Assembly: GCA_002269645.1 (NCBI GenBank) | Contig: NIVC01002728.1 | Location: 81,819 to 145,818 of the forward strand | Reading direction: 5' to 3' | Source of the DNA: Macrostomum lignano | Taxonomy: Eukaryota | Length of the DNA stretch: 64,000 bases | Part shown: positions 22,516 through 36,200 of the stretch, piece after piece | Position numbering within the stretch: the first letter of the stretch is position 1 | How the letters are laid out: each line of letters opens with the position of its first letter | Notes under the pieces: generated by a model | Databases searched by the model: none | Told to the model about the DNA's origin: nothing | The model's input: only the letters and a program-made list of their open reading frames with translations | Made by a program: the position numbers and the translations under genes

Positions 22516-25500
22516 ATGCATCACGGTGGTTGGATGAGACTGTTAAGTCTTCGCATGCCAGGATCGCTGCTTCTACAACTTCTGTTACTGCTATTTTCCT
22601 GCGAAATCCATGCAACACTTGAACGTGGTACATTTGTGTCACGGGAAGAATATTATCGTAGAATTAATGCAGATAACACAAACGAAGGTAAGATTCACAC
22701 GTTGATCTAGCTAATTAAATTCACATTTCCTATCTGTTCCAATGTATACGCTATGGCACTAATGAGAGCATTTTGATACTAAAATTGTTTGTCCAACTGT
22801 CTGGCTCTGTTGCACAATAAGACTTATCAGATCCTCAGTTGCTTGGCCAGCCTCCCAGATCCTCAGTTGTTGGGCCAGCCTCCCAGATCCTCAGTTGCTG
22901 GGCCAGCCTCCCAGATCCTCAGTTGCTGGGCCAGCCTCCCAGATCCTCAGTTGCTGGGCCAGCCTCCCAGAGTGTCAGTTGCTGGGCCAGCCTCCCAGAT
23001 CCTCAGTTGCCGGGCCAGCCTCCCAGATCCTCACTTTCGCCGAAAATACACTACGGAGATAGGAAGTTTTCATTTATTCGGAACAAAAATTGTTATTTCT
23101 TTCGATAGGAGGCAGACCCAATGTTCATCTTTTGATATGTTGTACATTTCTTATAGCTCTATTGATATTGATCCTAAAGCTTCTTGTTTATAAAATTAGG
23201 ATTCTATGTTATTTTTTCATTCTACGTACATTATCTGGACCTAAAAATCATAAAAATGCACAGCTAGAATCTTTGGTTTTATGATTATCATCTCTGTTAC
23301 ACAAATTGTTACACAATCAGCTAGGAATAACAAAATATATTCATAAAATCCACGAGCTAAGCCGTGCCTTTTTCTTTTCAATGGTTTTTAGGTACAGGAC
23401 ATGCAATTGTACGTAGAATAAGAAATTAACACAGAATAAAAAAGCAAAAATCAAAATAGTAAAAAGGATGAACATTGGGTCCGTCTCCTATCGAAAGCAA
23501 TAACAACTTTTGTGCTAAAAAAACGAAAATTTCCAATTTCAGTCAGTGTTTTGTTCGGCGAAAAGTGGCCTTCAAAACATTTTACATAGATTTCCACAGA
23601 GGCCCACCCTCCAGATCCTTGGGTAAAAAGTAATGATTAATTAAAAGTAGTAAATATTTTGTACATGTAGCAAAACCACTTGATCGCGCTTTGCAGAGCG
23701 TCTGTATCTGGAGAATTGCGCTCAGAGCTCGGACACTGGCCACTGCAGTCTCGCTATTGACAACCAGATCATACAAGAGTGGACTCAGTGCTCGTCTACG
23801 GCTTCAGAGACGCAACCTTGGTGGAATGTAATAAATTTAATTATAGTTAGCCTATGCGTGTTGAAACGGGTTGAAACGCACGGCATCCCGCGCGCTGCGA
23901 TTATCTATGGCCGACTTCCATAAGTAAAAAGCCTCGTATGCATATAAGTATCTAGTTAATGTTTCTACAACTTGTAGATTTTGAATCAGGGGTCGGCAAA
24001 CTTTTTTACCGTAAGGCCCAGATAGAGAACCTAGCGCATGACTGTGGGCTAGAGGATGGGACAGAGGAGAGACAATTGAGAAGAGAAATAGGAGAAAAGA
24101 GAAGAGGGAATAAAAGAGACGAGAGGAGAGAAGAGATAAAGTAGGAGAGAAGAGAGGAGAGGAGAGAAGGAGAGGAGAGGAGAGGAGAGGAGAGGAGAGG
24201 AGAGGAGAGGAGTGGAGAAGAGAGGAGAGGAAAGGAGAGGAGAGGAGAGGAGAGGAGAGGAGAGGAGAGGAGAGGAGAGGAGAGGAGAGGAGAGGAGAGG
24301 AGAGGAGAGGAGAGGAGAGGAGAGGAGTGGGAGAAGAGAGGAGAGGAAAGGAGAGGAGAGGAGAGGAGAGGAGAGGAGAGGAGAGGAGAGGAAAGGAGAG
24401 GAGAGGAGAGGAGAGGAGAGGAGAGGAGAAGAGAGAGGTGACAGAGGAGAGCAGAGAAGAGACACAAACCCTGAGCATTGCTACTGTGAAGCTTCAAAGG
24501 ACCCGAGGGCCGGAGTTGGCCGACCCCAGCTCTAAATAATGCTTAGTATTATCAGTTACTTTTTCAATTCGCAAAATAAGGAGTTTTGGCCATAGAAAAT
24601 TTTTTAGATTTTGTTCTTTCTTTTTTTTCTTTGTCTAGAGTGCTGGTGTGCTCAGCGCCCCCTCGACCCCGCTTTCTTTTGACTTTGCCATAGACATTTT
24701 CAGCGGGCCGTGAAACCAACTGAATGCATTGGAGTAAATGGGATATTACCATAGACAGTCTCAACGGGCCGTAAAACGCGGTTTCACGCCCGCTAACTAC
24801 GAGTATAACACTAATATGGATGGGCCGCATCGGGGAGAAACGAGCTGACACTCCTCGGTGTCATAGCTCGTTTCTGCCCTCTGCAGCCCATCAATATTGG
24901 TATATTATACTGTCCGTCAAAAGTTCCGGAACCCTTGCTACGATGTCTTCTAGCGGACATAATTTCAGTCCGTTTCAATTGTAACTTGATTCAAATGAAA
25001 GCTGCGGATCTCAGCTCGATGATGTGGTCAAGAAAAAGTTTATTCGAAGGAGCGCGTGTGAACAGGCCAGTGTTATGTACATAAAGGTTAGAGAAAAAAA
25101 GTGAGGAAAAGACAAACAATCAATTGTCTATGGTTGCTGAGTCTATGGAGCAAACAAGTACAAGTACAAGTTATTAAGATAGAACAGGCAATTCATCTAC
25201 ATAAGAGATACCTGCGCACACCATCCGCATTGACTCATGTACTATACATTGGCTTCATTGTGCTACACCCAACAAAACCCATTTCCAGGCTTTCTTGGAA
25301 ACGCCAGCTTACGTATCTAAAGTGGTAATTCACACCGCGCCTCTACCTGACGCGGCAATGCAAAGCGCTCTCAACCAATTTATCATTTATGCTGGCGGAA
25401 CAGCTTGCTACAGGCATAATGCAGCTGCTTCATTCTCCAGTCGATCGTTTCCGTGCGACGTGTTCACCGATTTCATCGAGTTGAGCAGCGATAGAAAGGA

Positions 25501-27887
25501 TGCCGTAATGTCCCTTTGCGAAGTTGAAGTCTATGGAAAGGCGCTTGCGTTCCAGGAACTCGAAAATGGAGCTGCGTAAGTTTAGGGAATTGCTCACGAT
25601 TCCGTGAAATAGTGGACTATGGACGACTAAAGTGCACGCCATACACTGGCAACTGGCAAGACAGAAAAATTCCAAGTATTGTTCCATTCTAAGTCGGATA
25701 TTTCACTCATGCAGTTTTTAGGATTAGCACATATACTCAGCAACATTGAAAAGTCGCCTCTCTATTGGCCTGTGAGAAATTTCTCTTAGACTATTCTGAA
25801 ATAAAAGATGCGAGAAACTGATCGGGGTAGCTTTAATCCGTCCAACAAAACCCATGCACACCGCTCCCCCCACGTCATTCCTCAACTCAAGTCTGCCGCG
25901 ACGTAGCTAAGTTGCTTTCTTTCTTTCTTAGCTAAGAGTTTCTTTGAGTTTGATTCACATTCACACTATAGAGCTTTTTTCAAGAAATTCTACTGAAGAT
26001 GGGGAAGCACGTAAATGACATGAAAGTTTATGTTGTTCCTATCTACCTCGTACCTAGTGTATTTTTCTCTCTAGTCTGCTTTTCTTTATAAAATTCGCAT
26101 ATAGTGGGACGTCTACCTGTTGTAAAGTTGATGGATATGGCGATGAATAAATATTTATGTACAGCCTTTTGATCGCAGATCAGTATTAAATAGTTAGTGT
26201 TTTAACGGTTCCTTGTTTTGGCTGTTTATATACATTTTCAACTTCGAATTTCTCAAAAGTGTGAATTCGACGAAGTGAGTGAAATGTGTCACTTTGTATT
26301 TACTTGGAGCTTTGGGCGCTGTGTATTGAAAATGTAAAAATTCACACACAGCGGAAATGGGAATGAAGATCAACAAAAAAAAACTGAAGAACCGTCACCT
26401 AAGTAAGTCAAGGCTAGTCGAAATGAAAAGTTTGTAGTATTTTGACACGAAGCATCAATCCAAAATGTCCGTGTCCATCATATACTCGTAGCACTAGGAT
26501 TAGCTGCGTGCATGCCTGACGAATTCGAAGTTGAAAAGGTATTTACACTACTTAGCTTAACAATACTACACCTTTTCACGTTCAGTTTTGATCAAAGTCG
26601 GGTTCTAAAAAACTAGCGAAAATTCTATTCATGCTGGGGAAACGCTTGCGGAAAATCAATAAAAAAATGCCAATTCAAAACAGACAGAGTTTGTTTTTAA
26701 AGATTATGCATTCGAACAAAAAATGAACACAACTTTTAGTGAATAAGTATATAGGATCGAATCTATTAGTACATGTACATTAGTACATTAGTACATTTGA
26801 TGCAGAATGAGAATTATCACTCTTCATAGTTTATAATTTCAACGATTTGCTTTCTAAGATTTGTCGTCTATTTGAAACAGTAGACACCCGCAATAATCTT
26901 TTTAGCGAAATCGCGTTAAACTATTGCTCATCATCAGTCGACTGGCAGTTAAACATCTGTAAGCATGCTTTTGACCGCAACTTTGCCGTATTCAATGGCG
27001 AACATGGTAAAAAGTGCCTTGACATCCCGAGCGACAAATCTGCAGAAGAAGCTTGGATGCGCGCCTACTTCAAAGAGTCGGCCCTTGTAAAACACGTCAA
27101 GCTCTTCAACCGGATGGACAAATGCTGTAAAAATAGTCTGAACCACTTTACTCTTCACATTAATTACTATAAATGCTTAGACCACAATGATGCAAATCCA
27201 TTTGTTACGAAGATCTTTAACTGCACGCGGTTCGGCAATCACGTGCAAGTGGTCTCGGTACCCGGTGCGGGCCTACATCTGTGCCAATTGCAGGTTTTCG
27301 GCTACTCAACATTGCTGCGTCCGAAAGAGCTACAAAGTGAGTTCTGCTTTACAAGTAGCTCGTGTTTTGCGTGTGTCGCAGAGTATGGTGCGGATCCACA
27401 ACTGGACTCTCGGGGCTTGGGAAAAGCGCCTTTACAGGGTAGAGACCTCTTACAGAAAAGTGTCAACTTATTTAAGGTTGACCAGCCAAACTGCAGTCTC
27501 AGTGATGGCAAACAAGCGCAGACATTTACATTTATTCAGTATTTAATTAATTAAGTAAAACAAAGTTTTTATTTGTATTTTATGATATCCAAACCAACTT
27601 CCCAATCAGAATATATAGGGTGCTACAAGGACAATCCAAAGCAGCCGGACCTTGAGCAATTGGTATCGCTAACGTTTATGTCGATTTCAAAATGCCATAG
27701 GATGTGTAAACGCCTAAACAAGCTCTATTTTGGACTGCAAAATGGTCGATTGTGCTATTGCGGCAACAAGTTTGGCAGATATGGCGAAGCAAAGGAACCG
27801 AAAGCCTGCGATAAACGGTGCATCTATAGCAAGTCCAAACGGTGCGGCGGTCACTATCAGAATAGCGTCTACGAGATTATTCTGTAA
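22516..27887 (+). CDS. Secreted protein, signal peptide - F-type-lectin-like x2 - WSC (paralog 2), 432 aa
   Basis: Exons 22516-22687, 23697-23827, 25289-25575, 26906-27336, 27610-27887 total 1299 nt, with GT-AG introns of phase 1,0,2,1. Signal LLLQLLLLLFSCEIHA (start could be ATG 22516, 22534 or 22555). FTLD hallmarks LAID, PWW, LCEVEVYG, FNRMDKCC, LCQLQVFG. WSC hallmarks YIGCYKD, C..MC, YFGLQNG..CYCG, C...C, CGG. Confidence 0.9.
22826..23033. repeat. 28-bp tandem array, same family as 1-262
   Basis: CCCAGATCC recurs at 22882 and 22910. Confidence 0.95.
24040..24450. repeat. (GGAGA)n pentanucleotide microsatellite in intron 2 of paralog 2
   Basis: Direct observation. Source of the LSSPL and EERRG ORFs. 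Confidence 0.97.
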
Positions 27888-28073
27888 ATTAGCAGCTATA
27901 ATTTTTTTCCTCTATTTTGATTTTTGAGAGTGTGTCGGTCCTGAACAGAAGAGTACCAAGCTAACATAGAGAGCCAATATAGCTAATATAGCCAATATTA
28001 GCCAATATAGCCAATAGAGCCAAATCATCGGGCTCCTAATTTTCGACCATAGACAAATGTGTCCGACTGGAAA

Positions 28074-28215
28074 TGGATTTGTATTGAATATATATAGAGA
28101 TGGTAATCATGATACCACTCGCGATCCCACAATGCAATATATATAATAGAGTATACAATATATTTATATTGTATCAGAATTACCATCTCTATATATAAAT
28201 TCATTCCAAATCCAT
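28074..28215. mobile_element. Small palindromic MITE-like element
   Basis: TGGATTTG..TATATAGAGATGGTAAT is mirrored by ATTACCATCTCTATATA..CAAATCCA. Confidence 0.6.
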
Positions 28216-28825
28216 AGATATATAGTAGCTCGTGTTTATATATATGCGAGTTATTTGAAAGTAACTAGCTGGTTATGAGCGTGCCACAGAGAATGGGTTT
28301 CGACTTCTGCTTTAATAGTAGTATTGGCTCTCTATGTTAGATCCTGATACTATTTGTCCGGACAGTGCTGTTTTGTATTGGAGGCAAAACAAACATGTAA
28401 TTAGAACACGAGACAGCTATAGATTAGCAGAAAATGCTTTACTGTTATTATATAATTAGCATTTTCTTATTGGACCTTATAAGAGTGCGGTCATTTTTTA
28501 ATTTAAATTCCGTCTTTATCTGTCTTGTCCTGCCTTCATGTACGTGTATTTATAGTGCTCATTATCATTAAAACTAAAAATCCTTTGTGACTAAGCACCA
28601 TAGTCAGTTAAATATATATGTAAATTTCTTCCCTAAGAGTTTTTCTCTGGGTAACACCTCGTAAATGTAATTTCATTTTCTAGTAGTACATATATACTGT
28701 ATGTCTGAATGACTGAAAGTACACAAAAGCTTGGTGATCTCTGAGTTCTTTGTAAGGTTTTTAAAATTAGTAAATTAAAACAAGGCGTTAGTTTCTTATG
28801 TTTTTTGTTGATAATATTAAAAATT

Positions 28826-29128
28826 GATTACACCTGCCCTAATTAGCTAAAACCTAATGGGCAGATGTGCAACCAACAGCTCAGCCGCAGCTATTGCGCG
28901 GCGCATCTGAAGGCTGCGTACGGCTGTTCAGTCCAAGGACTGGGGATCGCCACACAAACCCTCAATTAGCCCAGTTAATGCTGGAGCCCATTTTACTGCT
29001 AGATGAACTAAGGCAATGCAGAGTTAAGTGTCTTACTTAAGGATACAAATTGTTCCAGTGGGATCAGGAATCGAACCCCCGACCTTCAAGTCGTGAGTCC
29101 TACGCTCTGACCACTAGGCTACAACCCC
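28826..29128 (-). mobile_element. tRNA-derived CORE-like SINE, family A
   Basis: Minus strand shows an A box (TAGCCTAGTGG), a B box (GGTTCGATTCC), a CORE-like TCCTT.AG.AAGACACTTAACTC...GTAAAATGGG block and an AT-rich tail. Five copies in the window. Confidence 0.85.
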
Positions 29129-29578
29129 CATTTCATTAAAGACTAGCTTGTAATAATATAGACAGGTGATTCAGTTGAACAGTTTGAAATTTGAAACCGT
29201 GTCTAAAGTACATAGATTAATTGTTAATTTAGAGTACGGGCGTTCTCTGATCTCACAGATTTTATACAGGAGTATAGCTGCACTTGGAATTTTACAAATA
29301 TGAAAAATCACCAATTCTGTAGGCGATTGATATTTTCAGCCAAGTAAATAATACAAGTGTCGCTAAAATTGATTAAAACTATGCTAGCTATTTAAAATTT
29401 AGCGGGTCTCCGGTTTTGACAGTTTAATATACCCACGTACATGTACAAGTACATGTACGAGTAGCTAGAAAGAGAGTTTTTGGAGTCATTTACATGTAAG
29501 TATAGAGGATCTGAGTTGTTGTAGAATATATATAGATATCTTCAATAGTACCCAGATATTTAGAACTCTACAGAATTG

Positions 29579-32500
29579 CCCAGTGGCAAAGCCGAGCTCG
29601 GTCCGAGCTCGGGCCGACGTCGGCCACTCGGCATTCGATCGGCCATACTAAAGTCGGCCAGCCGACGTCGGCCAGCCGACGTCGGCCCGAACTCGGTAGA
29701 ACCTCGGGGTGCCGCGCCGTTAACCGATTAAAAGTTTTAATCAATTAAGCAGAATTTACCTACGCTAATGAATTCGATATGATTAAAAAAGAACACCGCA
29801 TAAATATAGATGAATAATTTACACTGAAAAAGTGACTCTTTTGCAATAAACAAAAACAACGCAATAATACAGCACTTTTGATCCACCAAAGTGGTGTAAT
29901 GTGCTTTTTACACATACTAATTGTGTTTTTACTGAATTAGTTTCCTCGTTGAGTAGGTGATTTGACTTTTATGGATTTATTCTCCTTCGAGACGACCATG
30001 AAGTGCATGCGTTATAGGTACGGAAAATTCGAAGTACTGGATTTTAACAATTATATATATGAGTAATTTACCAGATAAAAGAACATAGCTTCGTTAGTAA
30101 AAATATAAATAAATAATTAACTGCTTTAGAATTTACTCAAGGCGTAATTATTGCTTATTTTTTGCCATTCATTTGAATATATTGCTCCCGTGCAGGTCAA
30201 GTCAATTGTAAACAGTGTTTGGCTCTTTTTAACGTGGCAATTCATTTAGCTTCTTAGTTATTATTTTTATTACACGTTCTTTGGAAGCATTTAGATGTTT
30301 CGGCAAAAATTCCAGAGACATACTTAGTCTTACAGTTAAGCCGTAACTAATTGAACTATAGCTACACTGTAATGCAATGTAAACTTGCTTTTTTTGGGTT
30401 TAATGAAGATTTGCTTACAATTTATGAATAGGCGTATGAAATATGTTTTCATTAATGATAATTAGACATATTACGATGGCAATTCACCAGCTATTTTCAG
30501 AATGGCCATCAAATAGTTATCTAGGAGTTAAAAGTGAATAAATATCTACAAAAAGCATATTTTCATGATAAAATGTTGAAAAGTATAGGATTGCAATAGG
30601 AGTTACCATAACTTAACTGTAGGAATGATATCTAGCTTAGGTCATAAATCCTGTGATTTGAAAAGTCTAAAATGGCCTAAATAAAGCCAGATTTTTAGGC
30701 TCCTATGATATTTTTATCCCTACTATATTAGGTCTAGCTTCTTATTTTTTATTTGTCTATGGCAATGCCATCATGAATTACATACAATCAGTTAATTTAA
30801 GACATTGTTTATGTACTATAGGCCAGGATATAATGCCAATTGTGCATTTTATGGCAGGCAATTTAATGTAATTTTGCTATATATGCCAATTTTTTACTCT
30901 TTTGAATAGATTCATAGTATTCATATTAAACTATATTGTTTTTCTAATGACTTTTTAGTATAACTATAGTATACTTATTTTACTATTATAGGTTTTTACT
31001 TTATTTTTGCACCATAGACTAGATATTGATGCTATTTTTATATACTAGGGCCCTATGCCATATTTGGCATCAGTTTTGCACTGCAAAGTTTTGCACATCA
31101 ATTTTTTTACTTTTTCATCATATGGCTTCAATTCTAACCCCCTTGATGTTCTAGATACAACACTTTGAGAAAATGGGGCGAGATTCTAAGCCTCCCCACA
31201 AGCGATCCAGAAGCAGCAGCACGACACCCATGCCCATGACCACCACATTGAGATGGGCAACGCAGTCGTTGCGAGGGACTTTGCTGCTGATGGCAGCTGG
31301 AAGCCTGCTGTTCTGAACGACTGCTCCAGGGCTGTGTCTCTCTTGCCAGTTTGACGATGGTCGAGAGGTCCATCGGCAGATCAATCAAGTGCCTGCGCGG
31401 CGCCTTCCAAAGTTGAGCAACCGCTATGTGCCGAGGTGCCTGACGATCAACCAGAGGCTCCTGCGGAGACGCCTGGCCAGGCGCCAGAGTTGAGCTCTGC
31501 GGCGCCACTTTGACGTTCGACCAGGGCAAGAGCTTAACCTGACCGGCTGCGCTACCAGTGACTATGGACTGTTCCTCTATGGACTGTGAACTGATTTGCG
31601 TCTTTTATTCCCGTTTTTATCTAACGCTTAATCTTTGTGGGGAGGAGTGTGGTGACTTGACTGAGCAAATTGTTGTTTGTTTTGTTAGCTTGTTTTTACT
31701 CCGTGTTTTGAGGTGGTGTTTTACCAGTTTCGCTGCGTGCTCCCTTCTGCGATATTTCGCTGTACATTCTTATGTGCGCTCTGCATTCTGGCCGCTCTTG
31801 CTCTCCACCCTTAAGCCTCTTACACCCAATGTATCGTGCTCAATATTTACAATATAAATTGCAGTCGCTTTCCTCGTATCAAGCGTCTCGTTCTACAATC
31901 TAAAGTGAAGTCTTTACAGTTTATTATGTTAATAAATGCTCAACCAAATCCGTATCGCAACCCTTAACTCAACCTCTGTTTTCAGCTGTTTAGCTACTTT
32001 TTCTCTGTTTTCTTGCTTATTAGTTTGAAAGTTAATCTTGTATCATTATTAGCATTTGATAATACACTAGTGTGCTTGTGGTGGATTTACTGTTGCGGTG
32101 TTCTTTTAATTCAATTATTTTAAGTTCTAAATCGTTGTCTTATTTCACAATCATTTAATCCTGAACATGGTTGTTGGTTGTATATTTGTTGGGTCAGAGA
32201 ACTGAGTCTGGTGGATATGTATCTAATTCCGAGGGGAAATCAATTAACTAGTTATACTAGAGGCTCACCATAACTAGGCTCATATACGAGCGTACATTAA
32301 CACTGCAATGCACTAACATGCTAGGAATGACATGGGATCTTTAACTCGATGGTTTCAATTCGTGTCATGTCGTTTTCCCATTCACCTTTTCTTTTTCATG
32401 TAATACCGAATTGTACATGTACAGTAAAATTATATAGAAAGTGAAAGTGGCACCTACATGTAGTCAATCTGTAAGAAGCAATATAAGCTTTATAATGAGC

Positions 32501-32655
32501 TAAATAGAAAGTATAGTGCAAAGCTACTCGGCATTACCGCGGTCAGCCGACCTCGGCCCGAGGTCGTCGGCCCGAGCTAGAACCGCCGTCAACCCGCCGA
32601 GCTCGGCCCGATCTCGGCGGACCGAGCTCGGGCCGAGCTCGGCTTTGCCACTGGG
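29579..32655. mobile_element. Non-autonomous TIR DNA transposon (3.08 kb), possibly CMC/EnSpm-like
   Basis: 41-bp TIRs starting CCCAGTGGCAAAGCCGAGCTCGG match at 38/41. Subterminal palindromes CCGAGCTCGG and GCCGACGTCGGC. TG on both flanks (possible 2-bp TSD). AT-rich interior with no transposase ORF. Confidence 0.85.
31147..31897. mobile_element. GC-richer insert inside the TIR element, possible solo LTR
   Basis: Abrupt composition shift with TGT...ACA ends. No convincing TSD. Confidence 0.35.
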
Positions 32656-32774
32656 TGAATAAATTAGATAAGGAGGCTTGATACAGTACCTTGTACCAAG
32701 GACCACTAGGAACACTTTGTTATATTAGGACGTTATCCTAGTAGTCCTTGCCTTGTACATGTCTTATTGAGTCT

Positions 32775-33058
32775 TCGCAGCAGGAGACCGAAGGTCGGGG
32801 GTTCGATTCTCATCCCACTTGGAACAATTTGGGTCCTTAAGCAAGAGACTTAACTCTGCATTGCTTCTGTTCACCCTGCTGTAAAATTGGTGCCAGCATT
32901 TGCTGGGGTAATTGAGGATGCGTGTGGCGACCCCCCCCCCCACAGTCCTTGGACTGAACAGCCGTACGCAGCCTTCAGATGCACCGTGAATAGCTGCGGC
33001 TGAGGTGACGGCTGCATATCTGCTATTTAGGGCAGGTGTAATAAATAATTATTATAAT
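32775..33058 (+). mobile_element. SINE family A copy, ~230 bp upstream of the paralog 3 ATG
   Basis: B box GGTTCGATTC, CORE-like block and tail GGGCAGGTGTAATAAATAAT. Confidence 0.85.
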
Positions 33059-33290
33059 ACATTTCTTAAATTAGTTTTGGTTATTGGTCGTGCTGACGTC
33101 ACGTATACTTTTTATATTAATTTACATTCCCTCTGTTTAAATAAAAGGGACCCCTAAGTAACAAAAGATATATATCTATGGTGCAAAACGCCATCAAAAA
33201 TGCTTACATTCTATTTAAAAAAATTCACACTGACTCTTGACTGCCTTTTAGTTGTTTCACAAAAAATTAAGCTAATAAACAGTTGGGGCA

Positions 33291-36200
33291 ATGCATTTAA
33301 AATGGTTTTCAAGTCTACCAGATCGAAATTGCGTATTTCTGGCACTGCTACTACAGATTTTATTTTCAACCAATGTTGTGGGGCTTCAACTCTTTAAAAC
33401 TCGGCAAGTGATGTACCGCATGCTTGGATACGACAACTTCAATGAAGGTGAGTAGCTAAAGCCATGGAGACTTAGTGCTCTTTTTAAGCAACCTATTGTG
33501 AGGATCGGTATCATTACAGAATCTCATGATGAAATCTTCCTTTATTACAGAATCTCATGATGAAATCTTCCTTTATTACAGAATCTCATGATGAAGTCTT
33601 CCTTTATTACAGAATCTCATGATGAAGGCATCCTTTATTACAGAATCTCATGATGAAGGCATCCTTTATTACAGAATCTCATGATGAAGGCATCCTTTAT
33701 TACAGAATCTCATGATGAAGGCATCCTTTATTACAGAATCTCATGATGAAGGCATCCTTTATTACAGAATCTCATGATGAAAGCATCAACTCAGATTTTC
33801 AGACAAATCTATCCTCTTGGATCTAGTGCACTCTTAACCGTATTTGCAGATTTACAACAGTAAATCTGGACTTGCGTATCTGCAATTTACATTGAATTGC
33901 TTCCAGAACGCCTACACCTGGAGCGCTGTCGCCAGAGCTCCTCATCCGGGAACTGCAATCTGGCTATTGACGGCAGCATTGTTCAAGAATGGACTCAATG
34001 CGTCTCGACTGTACCTGAGCTCAGTAGCTTTTGGAAGGTGAGTTCAATTCTACTCATTGTTATTGCAATTATTGATAAGTGGGATTGATATGCATTCCAA
34101 CTGATATTAGAAATATATAGTCAACTATATCAGCATCCTATTTGAGCCATGGCATCTCAACAACTCCCCAATGAGCCATGGCATCTCAGCAACTCCACAT
34201 TGAGCCAATTGGCATCTCAGCAACTCCACATTGAGCCAACTGGTATCTTAGCAACTCATCCATTGAGCTAATTATCATCTCAGCAACTCCCAATGAGCCA
34301 ACTGGTATCTGAGCAACTCCCCCATTGAGCCAATTGGCATCTCAGCAACTCCACATTGAGCCAATTAGCATCTCAGCAACTCCCCAATGAGCCATGGCAT
34401 CTCAGCAACTCACTCATTGAGTCATAGCATCTCAGCAACTACCCCATTGAGCTAATTATCATCTCAGCAACTCCACATTGAGCCATGGCATCAGGCGCTG
34501 CTGCAGTAGTTCACCGCTCAAGGCCGCTAAGAAGAGGCCATATTGTTATCGTGAAGTTTCAAAGGGCCCTCGGGCTGGATAGAGAGGATTTTCGAGGTGG
34601 AGTTCACGGGTCTAGACAATAACTGGGCAAACAATTTACTCCCCACTTCACTTTTACTCGTGCAGTCTTTAGAGAACTGACACGTCAATAGTTATTATTT
34701 TCTCCGCTTAAGGCCGAACTTGAGACGCCTTCTTACATCGCTCGAGTTGTCATTCACACGGCGAAGCTGCCAGACGAGGCGATGCTCAACGCCATGCACG
34801 ATTTCGGCATATACGCCGGTGACACCACCTGCTATCGGCACATTTCGTCACAGTCGTTCATCACTCGATCGTTTCCTTGCGACGCAATGGCAGACAGAAT
34901 TTTAATTCGAAGCTTCCGTGTCAACAGCATCATGTCATTGTGCGAAATCGAAGTCTATGGAAAGCCTCTGACTTTCCAAGGGTTGGATAGCGGAGAGGCG
35001 TGAGTTAAAAACGAGCTTGATCATCTGTGGCTAAGGTGGTTAATTTAGGCGAGCTTGAGTCTTTAGATTGGCATATTCAGAATGGCAGATTCAGAATGGC
35101 AAATTCAGAATGGCAGATTCAGAATGGCAAATTCAGAATGGCAGGTTCAGAATGGCAGATTCAGAATGGCAGATTCAGAATGGCAGATTTAGGGCAGATT
35201 CAGAATGGCAGATTCAGAATGGCAGATTTAGGGCAGATTCAGAATGGCAGATTCAGAATGGCAGGTTCAAAATGGCAGATTCAGAATGGCAGATTCAGAA
35301 TGGCAGATTCAGAATGGCAGATTCATAATTGGTAAGGTTCAGAATGTCAGATTCAGAATGGCAGATTCATAATTGGTAGGTTCAGAATGTCAGATTCAGA
35401 ATGGCAGATTCAGAATGGGTAGGTTCAGAATGAGCAGGTTCAGAACGGGCAGGTTCAGAATGGCAGATTAGGAATGGGCAGATTCAGAATGGCAGATTAG
35501 GAATGGCAGATTCAGAATGGCAGATTCAGAATGGGCAGGTTCAGAATGAGCAGGTTCAGAATGAGCAGGTTCAGAACGGGCAGGTTCAGAATGGCAGATT
35601 AGGAATGGGCAGGTTCAGAATGGCAGATTAGGAATGGGCAGATTCAGAATGGCAGATTAGGAATGGCAGATTCAGAATGGCAGATTAGGAATGGCAGATT
35701 TAGAATGGCAGATTCAGAATGGGCAAGTTCAGAATGGGTAGGTTCAGAATAGCAGATTCAGAATGGGCAAATTCAGAATGGCAGACTCAGAATAGGTAGA
35801 TTCAGAATGGCAGATTCAGAATGGCAGATTCAGAATGGCAGATTCAGAATGGCAGATTCAGAATGGCAGATTTAGAATGGCAGATTCAGAATGGCAGATT
35901 CAGAATGGCGGGTTCAGAATGGCAGGTTCAGAATAGGCAGATTCAGAATGGCAGGTTCAGAATGGCGGGTTCATAATATACTTCTGAACAAATTTTTCTA
36001 AACCAATTCAAGAGAGATTGGCTTCTCAGGTTGCTTAATGAGCTCATCGGCGGAGAACAGCAAATGCGAAGACGCCACCGACCGGAATTTCGCCGTTTTC
36101 CATGGCCAGAGCGGCAAAAAGTGTGCATTGACTCTGCCGGGAGAAGAGGAGTACTCGCGGTCCTGGTTGTCCGTTTATTTAATGACGCCGACGCTAATTA

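Noticed and set aside
27337-27554. Reading frame continues 72 codons into the last intron of paralog 2 (63 codons in paralog 3), suggesting WSC-less isoforms
   Set aside because: The two extensions are not homologous, the GTGAGT donors are strong and the WSC exons are in phase. Chance is sufficient unless RNA-seq shows retention.
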